This document shows positions 1 to 11,718 of a stretch of 64,000 nt of DNA, piece by piece. Location of the stretch: the NCBI GenBank assembly GCA_030704615.1, contig CM060731.1, positions 28,768,001 through 28,832,000 on the forward strand. Reading direction: 5' to 3'. Numbering within the stretch: position 1 is the first letter of the stretch; every line of letters starts with the position of its first letter. Position numbers and translations under genes: made by a program. The notes below the pieces were generated by a model that saw only the letters and a list, made by a program, of their open reading frames with translations, did no database searches and was not told where the DNA came from. This DNA comes from Takakia lepidozioides (taxonomy: Eukaryota; Plantae; Bryophyta).

Positions 1-345
1 AATATATGGATGATTCTCCTGCATGTAAGCCCTGAATTCTTCAGACCGATGGACGCTCCAACAATCAATTAACCAAATCATTTTCTGGGGACCGTCCTCT
101 CAGACTGTAAATAAGGTAGTATAATATTCTCCACAAATTGTTGGCAAGTGCGCAGGTTGGACCAATGGTTATGGGAGATAGTCAAATAAAAACCATGTTC
201 TGCAATACGACATGTCTCTAGACTCTTGGGTAATGATATCTTTGTCTTTATACCCTTGAAAACAATATGAAGAGCCAACATCCCACCATTTGCACAAAAA
301 GAAACTCAAGCAGTTATAGCTCTCTTGTCCTCAACTCCAGTTTTT
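1..345 (-). mobile_element. Degenerate pogo/Tigger-like (DDE_1) transposase fragment, runs off the window start
   Basis: Minus-strand translation across frameshifts: TGVEDKRAITA..., NHWSNLRTCQQFVENIILPY, WLIDCWSVHRSEEFRAYMQENHPYI; these resemble DDE_1 motifs (DKR.IT, NHWS, LxDxxSxH). Confidence 0.65.
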
Positions 346-494
346 GAGGGAGGTCAATATCTATTTTCAAAACCATTATGTTTTTTTTGAAAGAAAATTA
401 TCTCAACAATAGGGTCGACTGTAATACATGCCTAATGTTTGGAAATTACCTAGGTGAGGTGCCTAAATAATAAAAACGAATCTGCCTAATAATA

Positions 495-1092
495 ACCTTC
501 TTCTTCGACCTATTTCAGCCTGTTTTGCACTCTCATCAGATTCAGCCCTGAGATGCATATTGAATTTTGTAAGTTAGCTCGTTGGGTGGGTCTGTGGTGG
601 TTTGGAGTGACTTTAGTTACTGCCGATGTGGCAGCATGAAAGTATCCAAAAATAGATAACACTAGAGATGAGGAGAAGCTTTGGAGTGAACACTTTTCCA
701 GCCCAAGTCAATGGTGGGACAATGGAGACAAAAAGGTGAATGTTTGGACTACAGAAAGAAGCAGATGCAATTCAGAATTGGAACTACTGTAATGAGTAGG
801 GTTGGGGTGTTTGCTGGAAGAACTTGACGCCGTCCGTGTCAGCTGCTAGCAGCAAGGCTGAGGATGTATTCATGATTTGTACACTGGTAGGGATAGCTGA
901 AGGACCAGGGATAGAGGTCCAGATTCATCCAAGAGGGCCAGATTTCAAACACAAGATTACTTCTGATTCCCTGTGGATCAATAGCTACAAGAAATCTGTG
1001 TGGGTAGATGGTCAATTGGAAACAGCAACTTTGTAGCAGCACAATTGATAGAACAAGGCACTGCTAATGAATGCACCTTTTTCAACACATTT
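495..1092 (+). pseudogene. Orphan gene fragment encoding an OSB-type PDF motif split by a GT-AG intron (736-922); paralogue of the 5' part of the PPR locus at 53.9-54.5 kb
   Basis: Spliced: DEEKLWSEHFSSPSQWWDNGDKK|IHPRGPDFKHKITSDSLWINSYKKSVWVDGQL. Nucleotides 495-560, 890-1020 and 1058-1092 align by eye with 53955-54015, 54305-54420 and 54449-54483. Confidence 0.7.
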
Positions 1093-1168
1093 ATTAATTA
1101 TTAGGCGCGGCCTAATAAGCTAGGTAAGTACGATACTTGGCAATAAAGTGAGATACATATCTAACACA

Positions 1169-1500
1169 TCCAACAGTCAATAGCTCAGTTGGATAGTGCA
1201 CTCAGCGCCATCCAGATGAATTTGGGGTCAAATCGTGCTACCTGGACGGGTGTTGTATGTTCTTCTCCCCCTTCCCTTGGGCACTGTCCAATGTGAAAGC
1301 CATCATGGAAGCCATCATGGCGAGGTTACTGTGAAAGAGGTTATTTTCTCCTCTCACTAGAATTGTGTATCATGGGGTACCATGAACCCGTTATCTTCAT
1401 GAGTTCATGTGATCGTTCTTGTTTATCAGTGAACTTGGGGCCTGATTTGTGAGCTGTCGCTCCCAGGTGTTTCCCTTTATAAAATTATATATATATATGC
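1169..1500 (+). mobile_element. tRNA-derived SINE
   Basis: A-box TAGCTCAGTTGG and degenerate B-box GGGTCAAATCG at the 5' end, A/TA-rich tail; both ends recur in an internally deleted copy at 62817-62935. Confidence 0.6.
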
Positions 1501-2449
1501 AACTTGTGATTAAATTGAACAGAAAAGTCTCATATGTCACACTTCAGTATTCCAAAACCTCGCCAGAAGCTCTTGCGCAATGTTTTGCTGGATCAAGATG
1601 AGAGAGAGGAAGACTCCTGCCAGACTAGGCGTAACTGATGGGGTCACTGCAGCCCCAAGGCAGTACGTTTTGAAGGTTGACACGTGACACCTTAGCCAGG
1701 TTCCCCAAAGCACTCAAAAGTCTCAGGTACCCACACATTAGGTACCCTTTTGACTCAACTACCCCCCATTTTGTAGCTGGGTTGGCATGAGTGATGATGT
1801 CCAACATACACCTATGTGGCATTGGACCCAGGACCACTTGTAAGGCGACCTTGTGCCCTAGCCACTAGGCCATATAGCAGATGATCCGCATAATGAATTA
1901 ATTTATTTCGTTCTTCTTAATTGGTTCCTTTCGAGGATTGCATTTGAGTAGCAACTAAACGCTTCAGGGGCAAAGCCAGTGTGCAATACCTCCCCATGCC
2001 TCCCTTAGGAGGGGTTGACTCCTTCACTCCATGTTCAGACATATAGAGACAGTTGCCACCTACCCATCCATCCAGGCATTTGATGGTTGGCCAGGGCATC
2101 ATGACCTTGAAGCCTGAAGTCATCTTCTTGTTCTTGTTGAATCGTCAATATTGTTGTTCAATCTTGTTTGGCACAAAACTTCGCAACCTTGCTAACTTCA
2201 GGAGTCTCTTCAGGCCTACTGCTCCTTGCAAATTGGCAAGAAGAATTCTCCAGCAAAAAGTTTCACATGGCTTCACAGATGCTGTTTCATAATCATAGTT
2301 GGACTGTCATACATCACAATGGGCAGCTCTATGTGAGTGCAGTCCTGACTGTTGCCTGCAATAACACAAACTGGTTCTCTCAAGAGTGACGATTTCGACT
2401 TTCGAGCCTCACTTTTTAGAGTGATGCACTTTCTGCTCACCCAACAATG

Positions 2450-2661
2450 GATTTGGTGACACTGTCAGTCACCACACACATGAAGATGCTTGATCCCACA
2501 GATCCGATGAGCCCAAAATGAATGGCCAACTTCTCGCTGTGGTGGCAAAGAGATTGCTCTTCCTCCACACCATGTAATACAAAGCACGTGTAGGGACACA
2601 TCCAGTCTTTCTCATTTTCTCAGACATGGTCTTGCATCTCAGCACAGATCTCCTCAATTTG
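2450..2661 (-). pseudogene. Decayed DYW-domain remnant downstream of the PPR stop codon
   Basis: After the stop: [52 protein letters not shown], broken by frameshifts. Confidence 0.75.
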
Positions 2662-4851
2662 TTAATACAATTTTTCCTCCAGAAGGAATGGATGCACTTG
2701 GTTTTCAACCTTAATGCAGCTGTGCCCTGGTTCCTTTCCAACACCTCTGCCATCCATCATTTTTCTCACTTGTGCTTTGTCATTCCACCTGCCTGCTGCA
2801 GCATAGACGTTTGATAGAAGAACATATGCTGCAGGATGCTGTGGATCCAACTCAAGAATGCACTTTGCGGCCCATTCTGCTAGCTTCACATCACCATGAA
2901 TTCTGCAGGCACCAAGCAAGGCTCCCCACACCGACGCATCTGGCTCTATTGGCATTTTATTAATCAAGACCTCTGCTTCATCCAATCGTCCTGCACGGCC
3001 AAGAAGGTCCACCATGCAGCCAAAATGCTCTTTTGAAGGTGTGAGGCAATGATCTCGACACATGGTAGCAAAATAGTGACAGCCTTCATCAACTAGGCCC
3101 ACATGGCTGCATGCAGAGAAAAGAGATATAAAGGTGATACTATCCGGCTTCAAGCCTTCCTGTAGCATTTCTTCAAATAGTTGCAGTGCCTCCCTACCGT
3201 ATCCATGCTGGGCACATCCTGCAATCATGGTGTTCCATGAGACTAAATCTCGTTCAGCCATATTTGTAAACACTTGGAGCGCATTCTTCATGTTCCCACA
3301 TTTGGCATACATGCCAACAAGAGCAGTCTCCAAGATAGTCTCTGATGCAATTACAGCTTTGATGATGTCAGCATGGACCTCCTTGCCCTTTTCCAGGGCT
3401 CCTAGAGTGGCACATGCATTTAGAACACAAGTGAACGTGACCCTGTCGGGAATAACCCCTTCCTGTTGCATTTGCTCATAAATACTCAAAGCCTCCCAAC
3501 CACACCCATGCTGAGCATATCCTATGATCATGGCATTCCATGAGACTACATCTCGTTTAGCCAAATTGTCAAACACCTGACGTGCATCTTTCACACTCCC
3601 ACATTTGACATACATGTCAACAAGGCTGTTATCCAATGTAACATATGATGCAACTCCAGTTTTGACAATGTCTGCATGAACATCTTTTCCCTTTTCCAGG
3701 GCTCCTAGGCTGGCACATGCATTGAGTACAGAAATGAATGTTACCTTATTGGGCATCACCCCTTCCAGTTGCATTTTCTCATAGATCTTTAAAGCCTTCC
3801 TACCATCCCCATGCTGAGCATAACCCGCTATCAACGCACTCCATGAGACTACATCTTGTTCAGTCATATTGTCAAACACTTGATGCGCATCTTTCATGCT
3901 CCCACATTTGGCATACATGTCAACAAGGGCAGTCTCCAAATTAATATATGGCACAATTTCAGCTTTGATAATAGCAGCATGGACCTGTTTGCCCCTTTCC
4001 AGGGCTCCTAGGCTTGCACACATATTGAGAACACAGATGAATGTGACCCTATCAGGCGTAACCCCATGCCTTTGCATTTGGTCATAGATCTTGAAAGCTT
4101 CCTCAATAGGCCCATGCTTGGCATATCCTGCCATCATTATAGTCCACGTAAATAAATCTCGTTCAGACATTTTGTCAAACACTTGGTGTGCATCCACCAT
4201 GCTCCCGCACCTGGCATACATGTTGACCAGGGTTGGCTCCATAATACCCTGTGATCCGATTCCAGCTTTGATGATTTCAGCATGGACCTCTTTTCCCTTT
4301 TCCAAAACTCCTAGGCTGGCACACACATTCAGAACACAAACGAATGTGATCCTGTCAGGTGTCACCCTCTCAAGCCGCATTTGCTCAAACATCTTGAGTG
4401 TCTCCTCATAATGTCCATGTCTGGCATATCCTGCCATCATTATAGTCCACGTAAACAAATCCCGTTCAGGCATTTTGTCAAACACTTTGCGTGCGTCCAC
4501 AATACTCCCGCATTTTGCATACATGTTGACGACTGTGCTCAGTAGCATGATGTTTGACTTGCAACCACTTTGGAGAATGTGGGCATGTACTTTTTTACCC
4601 CGTGCTAGGTCTTTCATCTTGATGCACTCCTTCAAGAGAGAGAGATAAGTATTGGAGTCTGCCCAAAGGCCTCCTTGGTTCAAAATGTGCACGGCCTCTT
4701 TCACTCGTCCTGCCTTACATAAAGTCCTCATATCTCCACAAATGGCCCCAGAGTTATTGTTGACTCTCTCTTGGTCCACTTTCACAAGAAGTGGTGAGGG
4801 TGGTACTACCCTTCCCCCAGTCTGATGTCTTAACCTGAATGACGACAAATT
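2662..4851 (-). CDS. PLS-class pentatricopeptide repeat protein with E1/E2/E+ extension (organellar RNA-editing-factor type)
   Basis: Uninterrupted 728-codon frame with about five P-L-S triplets (MYAKCG..ARxVFDxM..RDxxxW..MIxGYAxHG), then CMVDLLGRAG, VWGALLGACRIHG, YVLLSNVYAAAGRW, KEPG box. The listed start is TTG; splice acceptor at 4852-4853; first in-frame ATG at 4731. Confidence 0.9.
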   Translation of the reverse strand, partial: NLSSFRLRHQTGGRVVPPSPLLVKVDQERVNNNSGAICGDMRTLCKAGRVKEAVHILNQGGLWADSNTYLSLLKECIKMKDLARGKKVHAHILQSGCKSNIMLLSTVVNMYAKCGSIVDARKVFDKMPERDLFTWTIMMAGYARHGHYEETLKMFEQMRLERVTPDRITFVCVLNVCASLGVLEKGKEVHAEIIKAGIGSQGIMEPTLVNMYARCGSMVDAHQVFDKMSERDLFTWTIMMAGYAKHGPIEEAFKIYDQMQRHGVTPDRVTFICVLNMCASLGALERGKQVHAAIIKAEIVPYINLETALVDMYAKCGSMKDAHQVFDNMTEQDVVSWSALIAGYAQHGDGRKALKIYEKMQLEGVMPNKVTFISVLNACASLGALEKGKDVHADIVKTGVASYVTLDNSLVDMYVKCGSVKDARQVFDNLAKRDVVSWNAMIIGYAQHGCGWEALSIYEQMQQEGVIPDRVTFTCVLNACATLGALEKGKEVHADIIKAVIASETILETALVGMYAKCGNMKNALQVFTNMAERDLVSWNTMIAGCAQHGYGREALQLFEEMLQEGLKPDSITFISLFSACSHVGLVDEGCHYFATMCRDHCLTPSKEHFGCMVDLLGRAGRLDEAEVLINKMPIEPDASVWGALLGACRIHGDVKLAEWAAKCILELDPQHPAAYVLLSNVYAAAGRWNDKAQVRKMMDGRGVGKEPGHSCIKVENQVHPFLLEEKLY

Positions 4852-4952
4852 CTAGTTACAAACCTTTATACTCAGACATAATACAACTCGAAGCTCCTAC
4901 ATACTTCAAAAGAGATGTCGTCATGCGGACAGGCTCCTACCTACATACTCAC

Positions 4953-5400
4953 AGAATTACACAACCATGGCAGTCATCTGTGAATAATTTTTGCCAATTC
5001 TATCTATCCAGTTGAAATCCTTGAATCATCATCAAAACAATACCCGTCGTATTCTCTGCCTGCAGCTCCTTGTTGCACACCAACATTCGAAACAGATTGT
5101 GCTTGACCTGCTTGTATCATGGCAACTAGCCCTGTTTTCACCCACGGAAGATTTGACCAATTCTCAACTTCTTTGTGCGCTCATGTCTGAAATCTAGTGA
5201 TCTTGGACTTTTCTGTGAAAGCACAGATAGTCAGTTGAAAATCAACCACAACCTCGCAGATAATGGGCTACAACCACCCAAGAATCTTTGGAGTGACAGC
5301 AAACAACCTCGAACAACCTACATTACACCCGGCCTGGAAGAAATACCTCACCTTCTCAAACCTAGCGTTCCAAACCAATTCATTGACGTTGCTCCACAGC
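4953..5400 (-). pseudogene. Degenerate upstream exons of the PPR gene with PDF-like motifs
   Basis: LWSNVNELVWNARFEK|GT(5351)..AG(5213)|KSPRSLDFRHERTK..NWSNLPWVKTGL..NWQKLFTD|GT(4952)..AG|NLSSFRLRHQTGG; same mid-motif phase-0 intron position as at 736/54625; frameshifts and stops present. Confidence 0.5.
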
Positions 5401-6033
5401 CCATGCTTGACCAGACTCTGTGTACCATAATCTGCTCTCTCATCAATCTCGGCTCCCGTCTCAAAAATTGAATGGAACTCCAACTCTCAGAGAAAATTAT
5501 CCATAATCTGATACCATCCGTATCACTGTGCTCTTTTGGAAATTTCCGTGGGCCATGTGCGAGCCTTGTCATAACTGTCCACACCCTCACAGGAATCCTG
5601 GTTTACTTGCCAAGGTCTTCGATCCTCTAGCGCCGCACTGATCCTGCATATGAAGACGACGACGAGAAAAACCACAAGACTCATCCATCCATTCTATATC
5701 GTTTCACGTCTTTCGTTCATTCGTCATTCACACGACGACGAGAATATTTGCTGGGCTTATCCATCCATCCTAAATTCTCCGTCTTCCGTAGTTCATGTGC
5801 AATACTGCGAAGTCTTTACCTGAAATGAAGCACGAAAATTTCTCTTGGGAATCGTGGCCCAGATTTGCAGTATGGAATCTACACATCTACTGACAGATGC
5901 CGAGTGAGGATCAGATTTTTGCTGGTCTATTCTTGCTACTGAAATATACCGCCTCTGACTCAACAGGTGAGAGACAATACTGAAATGGTTTTAAGAGAGA
6001 GAGTGAGATTGTACTCATAAGACGTTGTTTGCC

Positions 6034-6198
6034 ATAGCCTTGTGGCCATTGACCCCGCGCCCAGTTTGAGCGGGAACAAAAGGGACAGAACCTACCTCTG
6101 TCAGGGGCTGACGTTGGTAGTAAGACTTACCTCCATATAAAGAATTAATCCGGGTTTTCCAGATATCCTCTAGAAATCCCTTCACACAAGCATCAATC
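6034..6198 (+). repeat. Dispersed repeat, probable LTR remnant; inverted homologue at 53097-53260
   Basis: TAGCCTTGTGG..GACCCCGCGCCCA..GGAACAAAAGGG..CACACAAGCATCAATC matches the reverse complement of 53097-53260. Confidence 0.55.
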
Positions 6199-6655
6199 AG
6201 AGAGAGAGTGAGAGAGAGAAAGAGGGAGAAGACTCCGGCCTAGAGAGTAATTTAGGTAGAGTTGCAGACCAAGACATCTGCTTGAGTTAAACAACCCTGT
6301 CACACATCCAGTGTCCTGGTAACCTCTTGCCCAGAATCATACTCAATTGTTCGCCCTTGTAAAGGATTGAATGAAACGAGTTGCTTTGAAGATTCAAAAC
6401 TAAAAGCAAAAGCTTTGCATTAGGGTATAATCTAGGTGCGTATGAAAGGGACTAGCCAAATATTCTCTTCATACCGCATAAACGTACCAGACCAAAATCT
6501 GTGCCTATAGTGTAACTGCACAATCATCTCCAAAATGCAGTAGTCTAAGGGCATATGAACCAGGTATCTCAGTTCCTCTTGAGGCGGAACAGAAAACGAA
6601 CCCCACACAGAACATTCTCTACAGGAGTTCAGAAAATTGGGGCAATTTTGCTTAT

Positions 6656-9039
6656 TTAGGCGGCCGCTTCCTGGGGTTCCCGAAGTTGCAGGTCAAAGTG
6701 ATAGACACCTGTCAACCCCATCACCATGCCAAGTCGTCAACAAATGTGAGAGCAAGGGTGCATACAAGACAGATAGCAACATGATGGGGTTCAGACATAA
6801 CTTTCTGGCTGGAGTTTCAACATGAGGAATGCTAAGTGCGCTTCCGCATATTTTGAAGAAGAGAACTAAATATCATCTTACCGTGGCCTTTTCCAACTCG
6901 CCGCAACTGGGACACATACTCCGACATTTTCTTTATTGCTTCCACCTGAACAACGAACCCAGTAGGGCGTTCATTGTCAGTCCAACCATTTTCAAAACCT
7001 AAGAGTTGTAATGAAGCATCCATGAGGTGCGCATGAGCTTATCTCACACTAAACACTGCCTCGATTACAATTTGCTGGGAACTGAAAGAGATTAAGTTGC
7101 ACAAACATCAAAATCTGTAAATCTGATATAGATCGCCACGTCCAATCCAGACAAATCACACATACTTGCACATGTTTTGATGAACAAATAGAGTTAATCA
7201 TGGGCTAAACCAAACAAATTTATACTGGACTACCAAGTCACCCACGATAATTGAATGGCATCTTCCAGTTGTATTTCCCATCAAATTTCACTATTAACAA
7301 TGGATAATTCACTGGTTCTGAGCACAGGCAATCGTACCTGCTCAGTAAGGAATTCACCCTCTATGAAATCACACATCTGGGGATCATTGTTATCTACAGC
7401 AACCTGCACACAGACACATCCATTCATTAGTTAAGCCCTGGCCCTAGTTTACTGTGTAATTGAGCAGCTAATAGCAATCCCAACCTAGCTCAAACTGGAG
7501 CCTGAGCTGTGCACACTGCTAATGTAAATGTGTTTGTTCATAGTCACAAAAACTCCATTCGTCCACATGTCATGTCGATGCCTTTGTTTTCCTCAAGAGG
7601 TACAACAAGGATAACACTTGCCACCAGGTTCAAATGCCACTGTGAGATCACCTGATGCAATGACAAAAGCTTCTCATTAGTTAGCTTCTCCAGCGCTAGA
7701 GCCAGCTCCATAGCTGAAAACAGACAAAGGATAGAGTAGTCAGTGACATCAACCACAGCACAGCATAACGAGAGCAGAACTCAAACATCGATATTCCAAT
7801 TTCTATTAGGTGGTGCTTAGTTGACAACAGAATCCATTTTTTAACGTTATCTGTCAAAGAGCTTAAGAGTAACACTGAGTGGAACTGACCATAAAGAGCA
7901 TCTCCCTTCTCAGCATGATCAAACTCCATGACAGGCATCACAATGGATTGCAATTTCACTTTGCCACCACGTTTGTTCTGCTTGTAACAGGAAAATAAAA
8001 ATAATACCGAGTGTTAGCAACAAGGGCAGGATCAAGGTTGAACGCCAAAGAAGAAAAAAGCAGAAGCAGCATATAGAACCTCGCACATTGAAGTTAAGTA
8101 ACCCAGACTCCATAGCAGTGGGAACTACATGAGGTGAACACGTTGCAAAGATCCTCCACCTGCCACACTTACACACTTTGCTCCATCATGCTTGTCTATA
8201 CAATGATTTCATCCAGAAAATTTCAGCAGAAAAAATGCATCCAGCACCTGGTATTTCATGAGTTTTTCAGCATGGTCCCGCTCCTCATCACTAGAATCCT
8301 TGAAAAACCTGCAAAATTTATTCAGAGTCTCCATTTTAGTCTTGCCTAAGAAAGGCGAAACAAAATAGAGTGAAAAACAATGAAATGAGAGGATATGGCC
8401 CCTGAGTGCAACATTTATCGACTTACTTGGCAAAGCCTGGAAGAGCCACATTGTCGCGGTCAAAGTAGGAGAAAAGTGCGTGGTACACATACGAGACATT
8501 GTACTCCACACTGCAAAAAAGCATTCCGGGTTAGTATTCTCATTCATCATGCCGTCAAGCTGGCCGCCTCACTTACTCCCACATCTCTTAATAACAACGT
8601 CCAACTTTATCATTAAACAGAAGAGTCCAGCGATTTAAATGGAAAAACCAACAGAACGATCCGGATAGAGACGACCAGCCAGCATATGAAAAAGAAAGAG
8701 GCAGTACTTAATCTGCTCATTGATAGCCGCTTCGGAGGAGCTTGCGAAACGTTGGCGGGCCAGCGATTCCGCATACGAAGAAGGGACTTGTACTAATTGA
8801 CTTTGCACTTCTGCAAAGGGCTCAAACACAACACCCGTGAGAGCTTTGGAATCCGTCGCTTCCTCCGCTTGCGCCGCCCTCACACCAAAGTGACGGGCTC
8901 CCACGCCTGACTTGCTCGAAGGTGAACCCCATGCGCTCAAACTCACCGCGCCTCCTCTAGTACTGCTCCTGCTGCTGATAGCACTGGACAAGGAAGCCAG
9001 CGACCCCGATGCCGGGACTGAGGCTACGTGCAGCATCAT
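6656..9039 (-). CDS. FER: Plant ferritin, 269 aa with transit peptide; 8 exons: 9039-8708, 8510-8427, 8308-8248, 7977-7890, 7713-7652, 7403-7338, 6945-6882, 6708-6656
   Basis: All introns GT-AG; exon sizes 332/84/61/88/62/66/64/53 total 810 nt in one open frame; motifs [69 protein letters not shown]. Confidence 0.97.
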
Positions 9040-10108
9040 CTTCAATGCGTCGAAACAGACTTGTTATCTACGCAGAAATGAATGTGTCCCAACTAATGAA
9101 TGTGTCCCAACTGCAAGCTGAATCCTTGAAACAAACCTCTCTCTCTCTCTCTTCCTCTCAACTGCAAGCTGAATCCTCAAAAACAAGCCTCTCTTTCTCC
9201 AAAGCCAAACCCCTGCGCTGTCAGCAAGGCAGCAACAGATGGAAAGTCACACGTGCCATCCCCACCTCTTGCTTTAGGTCACGGCAGCACACGCCCTGCT
9301 CACATTTCCACGCTCGTCTCGCCACCTCCCTCCAGCTACCACGCCTAGAATTACCTATAGGTAGGTATTACATATACAGGTTTTAGGTACTATACTATAC
9401 TACGATAGGTACATGATTGTTAGGTATGCCTATGGAAGGTTCTGGAATAGACGGAGAAAAGGTACGTGACAGCCACTTATTTGAGTGGCCCCACAGGGGC
9501 TACGTGGCGGTGATGGAGGTGGGGCGTGTGGTCCAGAGCCCAGCACACGCGCCGACAACGAATTGGAGGCGAGCAGGGCGGCACAAAGCGGTCTGGGGCG
9601 TGTGCCCGCCCCACGCCCCTTATCTACAATTCCGCTTTCGCGGCGTGTGCCTCGCACGCGCCGCACTTGATTTTAGTACCTAGTGCTTTCTTCTCGCTAT
9701 AAGTTACTGGCAGTTGTTCTCGCTTTCTTCGTTCTTGCCTTGCCTATGCATAACCGACGTCCCGGGTTCAAACTTGGAGTCCAGTGTCATGTCACTCCGT
9801 TAAGGCAGGGCCAATTGGAATCCTTAAATCATTGGTTGAAGAAGGGAACATTGCTATTATTATTGAGAACTAGAGTATGAGGATGGATGAATGGTCAAAC
9901 AAATTTTAACTCTAATTCTAACTTTACACTCGACAGTAAACTTTACTGTCGAATTAAATCGAGTTTAAATGAATTTTAAATGAGTATTTGAATTTAAAAT
10001 AGCTAGGATTGCGGATTTGAGGGGCGTACTGATTTTATTTTTTTTCTCTATTTTGTTCTGTGAATTCAACTCTTACACCACTACATCCTGAAAAAAACTT
10101 GGACCAAA

Positions 10109-10145
10109 AAAAAATAAAATAAAATAAAATAAAATAAAATAAAAT
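10109..10145. repeat. (AAAAT)n microsatellite
   Basis: Direct reading. Confidence 0.9.
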
Positions 10146-10219
10146 CTTTGCTCACTTTTGCAGAACTTCATGTAAAGAGTGCATGAACTTGAAAAGAACT
10201 CAACTTTGGAGTGCAAATG

Positions 10220-10387
10220 AGAGATAAAGATAAGATAAAGTTTCTTTAACGTCCAGTGAATTTACAAAGCCTATTGCTCAGCACACACAGGCCATCGAGG
10301 GCCCAAGTCTGAAGGTAGATGTTGAAGAATTGAACCCATGATCACCTAGGTTATGCACAGGCAAGGCACAAACATCCAACCACTGGA
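10220..10387 (-). mobile_element. Probable second tRNA-derived SINE
   Basis: Minus strand: CCAGTGGTTGG (A-box-like), GGGTTCAATTC (B-box), ends GGACGTTAAAGAAAC followed by (TTATCT)n. Confidence 0.4.
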
Positions 10388-10412
10388 AAAAAAATATGGT
10401 TTTGGGTCCAAA

Positions 10413-11267
10413 TGTCGCGGCCCTTTGCCTTCAGGGCAGGGGTAGGGACACAAGAGGGGCTGCCCTGTGGTGGGGGCAGTAGCAACAATAGATACGGGGG
10501 CTGAAGCACCATTGGGCACTCAAGGAGGCGGAGACGCTCACTAGGTGGAGCACCGCACACCGGGTTGCGGTGGGGGTGGGTCCACGAGGAGTGGTGGTAG
10601 CTTAGTGGGGGTGGCATAGGACTTACCATGGGGCGGAGACCTTGTGGTGGGAGTCATGGGGAGTCTTGGGACTCATTACAATCCAATGGGGCCGTGGTGG
10701 GTGGGCCAAGACTCACCGCGACTCATCACCGGGAATGGAGGGTTTTCGTGGTGGTTCGCCATAAAATGATGGTGTTATTTGTGAAACCCCCACGGACACT
10801 CACAGAAGTATATATAGGGAGTAGTAACCCCGAGAACGGTGCAAGCCCGTTGGTGACCAAAAACTAGTGAGTAAGCGTACGAGCCAGAAAGCGACCAAGG
10901 TGTGGGGAGCTGTTCCGGACTACCAACAACCAAAGGAAATTTCCACTAGGCCCAAATTGAGAGAGGGTCTCGGGAGGAGCAAAGGGGGACCGTTATGTCC
11001 CGGTGAGCAGCCGAAGCTCCGAGTTGGCCCGGCGGCCAGTTTGGGCGTTAGGCGCTCGCGTCATTCCAGTGATGAACGTAGTTACGTGTCGTAGAGACGG
11101 AAAACTGCGTTGCGCATGCACATGATTTTTTTTTTATTCCATTCTCAAGCCATATGCTTAATGACATCATATACAATGTGCGTGCAAAATTTGGGAGTGA
11201 ACAAAAGTCATTTGGTGTCGCGCACCTCACTTCGGTAACCCCCCCCTCAAGTCATAGTTACTCGCAA
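10413..11267 (+). mobile_element. Solo LTR of the gypsy family at 48-52.6 kb, with its last ~50 bp and right flank inverted
   Basis: 10413-11063 matches the reverse complement of LTR 51896-52588; the missing end lies inverted at 11216-11265; 5-bp TSD CCAAA at 10408-10412 and as TTTGG at 11211-11215. Confidence 0.9.
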
Positions 11268-11718
11268 CCCGTTGAATGAACTTGGTTCAAGCTCATCTTT
11301 GGTCCACATGTGCTTACGTGCTTAGGTACTGAACTGTCCTCAGTAACATAGTCTTATGCCCTTCATGTCGAATAATAGGATCCTTAGGCCGCACAAGCTG
11401 AAGGAGAGGATCCCTAGGGCGAAGCGCACGGAGTGGCATGGCGTCGCACAAGCCGAAGGAGAGGATCCCTAGGGCGAAGCGTGGCGTGGCATCGCTATCT
11501 CCAACCCCTCTGCGACGCCCGGGTAAAATGAAAATCGAGGCCCCGTCGGCTCCCTTCGCAAATTGGGGCTGCTAAACCGTCCCAAAAGGGGGCGTTGGCG
11601 ACGCCGCAACGTCCTAGCGGTATCGCTAACCCCCCAAAACCCAAAACCTGTAGTGATACCTATCGCTAAGTTGTGACCAAGTATGGGCTGGAGCAAAAAT
11701 CCGGAGAATGAAAATGCA

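Noticed and set aside
1175-1250. Functional tRNA gene
   Set aside because: Degenerate B-box and no clean cloverleaf; continues into a repeated body with an A-rich tail, so called a SINE.
1500-2400. Possible decayed retroelement sequence
   Set aside because: No boundaries or protein motifs I can support.
2772-4411. Plus-strand ORFs over the PPR gene, and similar antisense ORFs over gag, pol and the extra ORF
   Set aside because: Shadow frames of real coding sequence.
10413-11265. 3' LTR partner of element A
   Set aside because: Opposite orientation, its own CCAAA TSD, and no PPT or internal sequence beside it.
10079-11655. Complete CACTA element (CACTA/CACTG at 10079 or 10381, TAGTG at 11655)
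   Set aside because: Termini match poorly and there is no 3-bp TSD.
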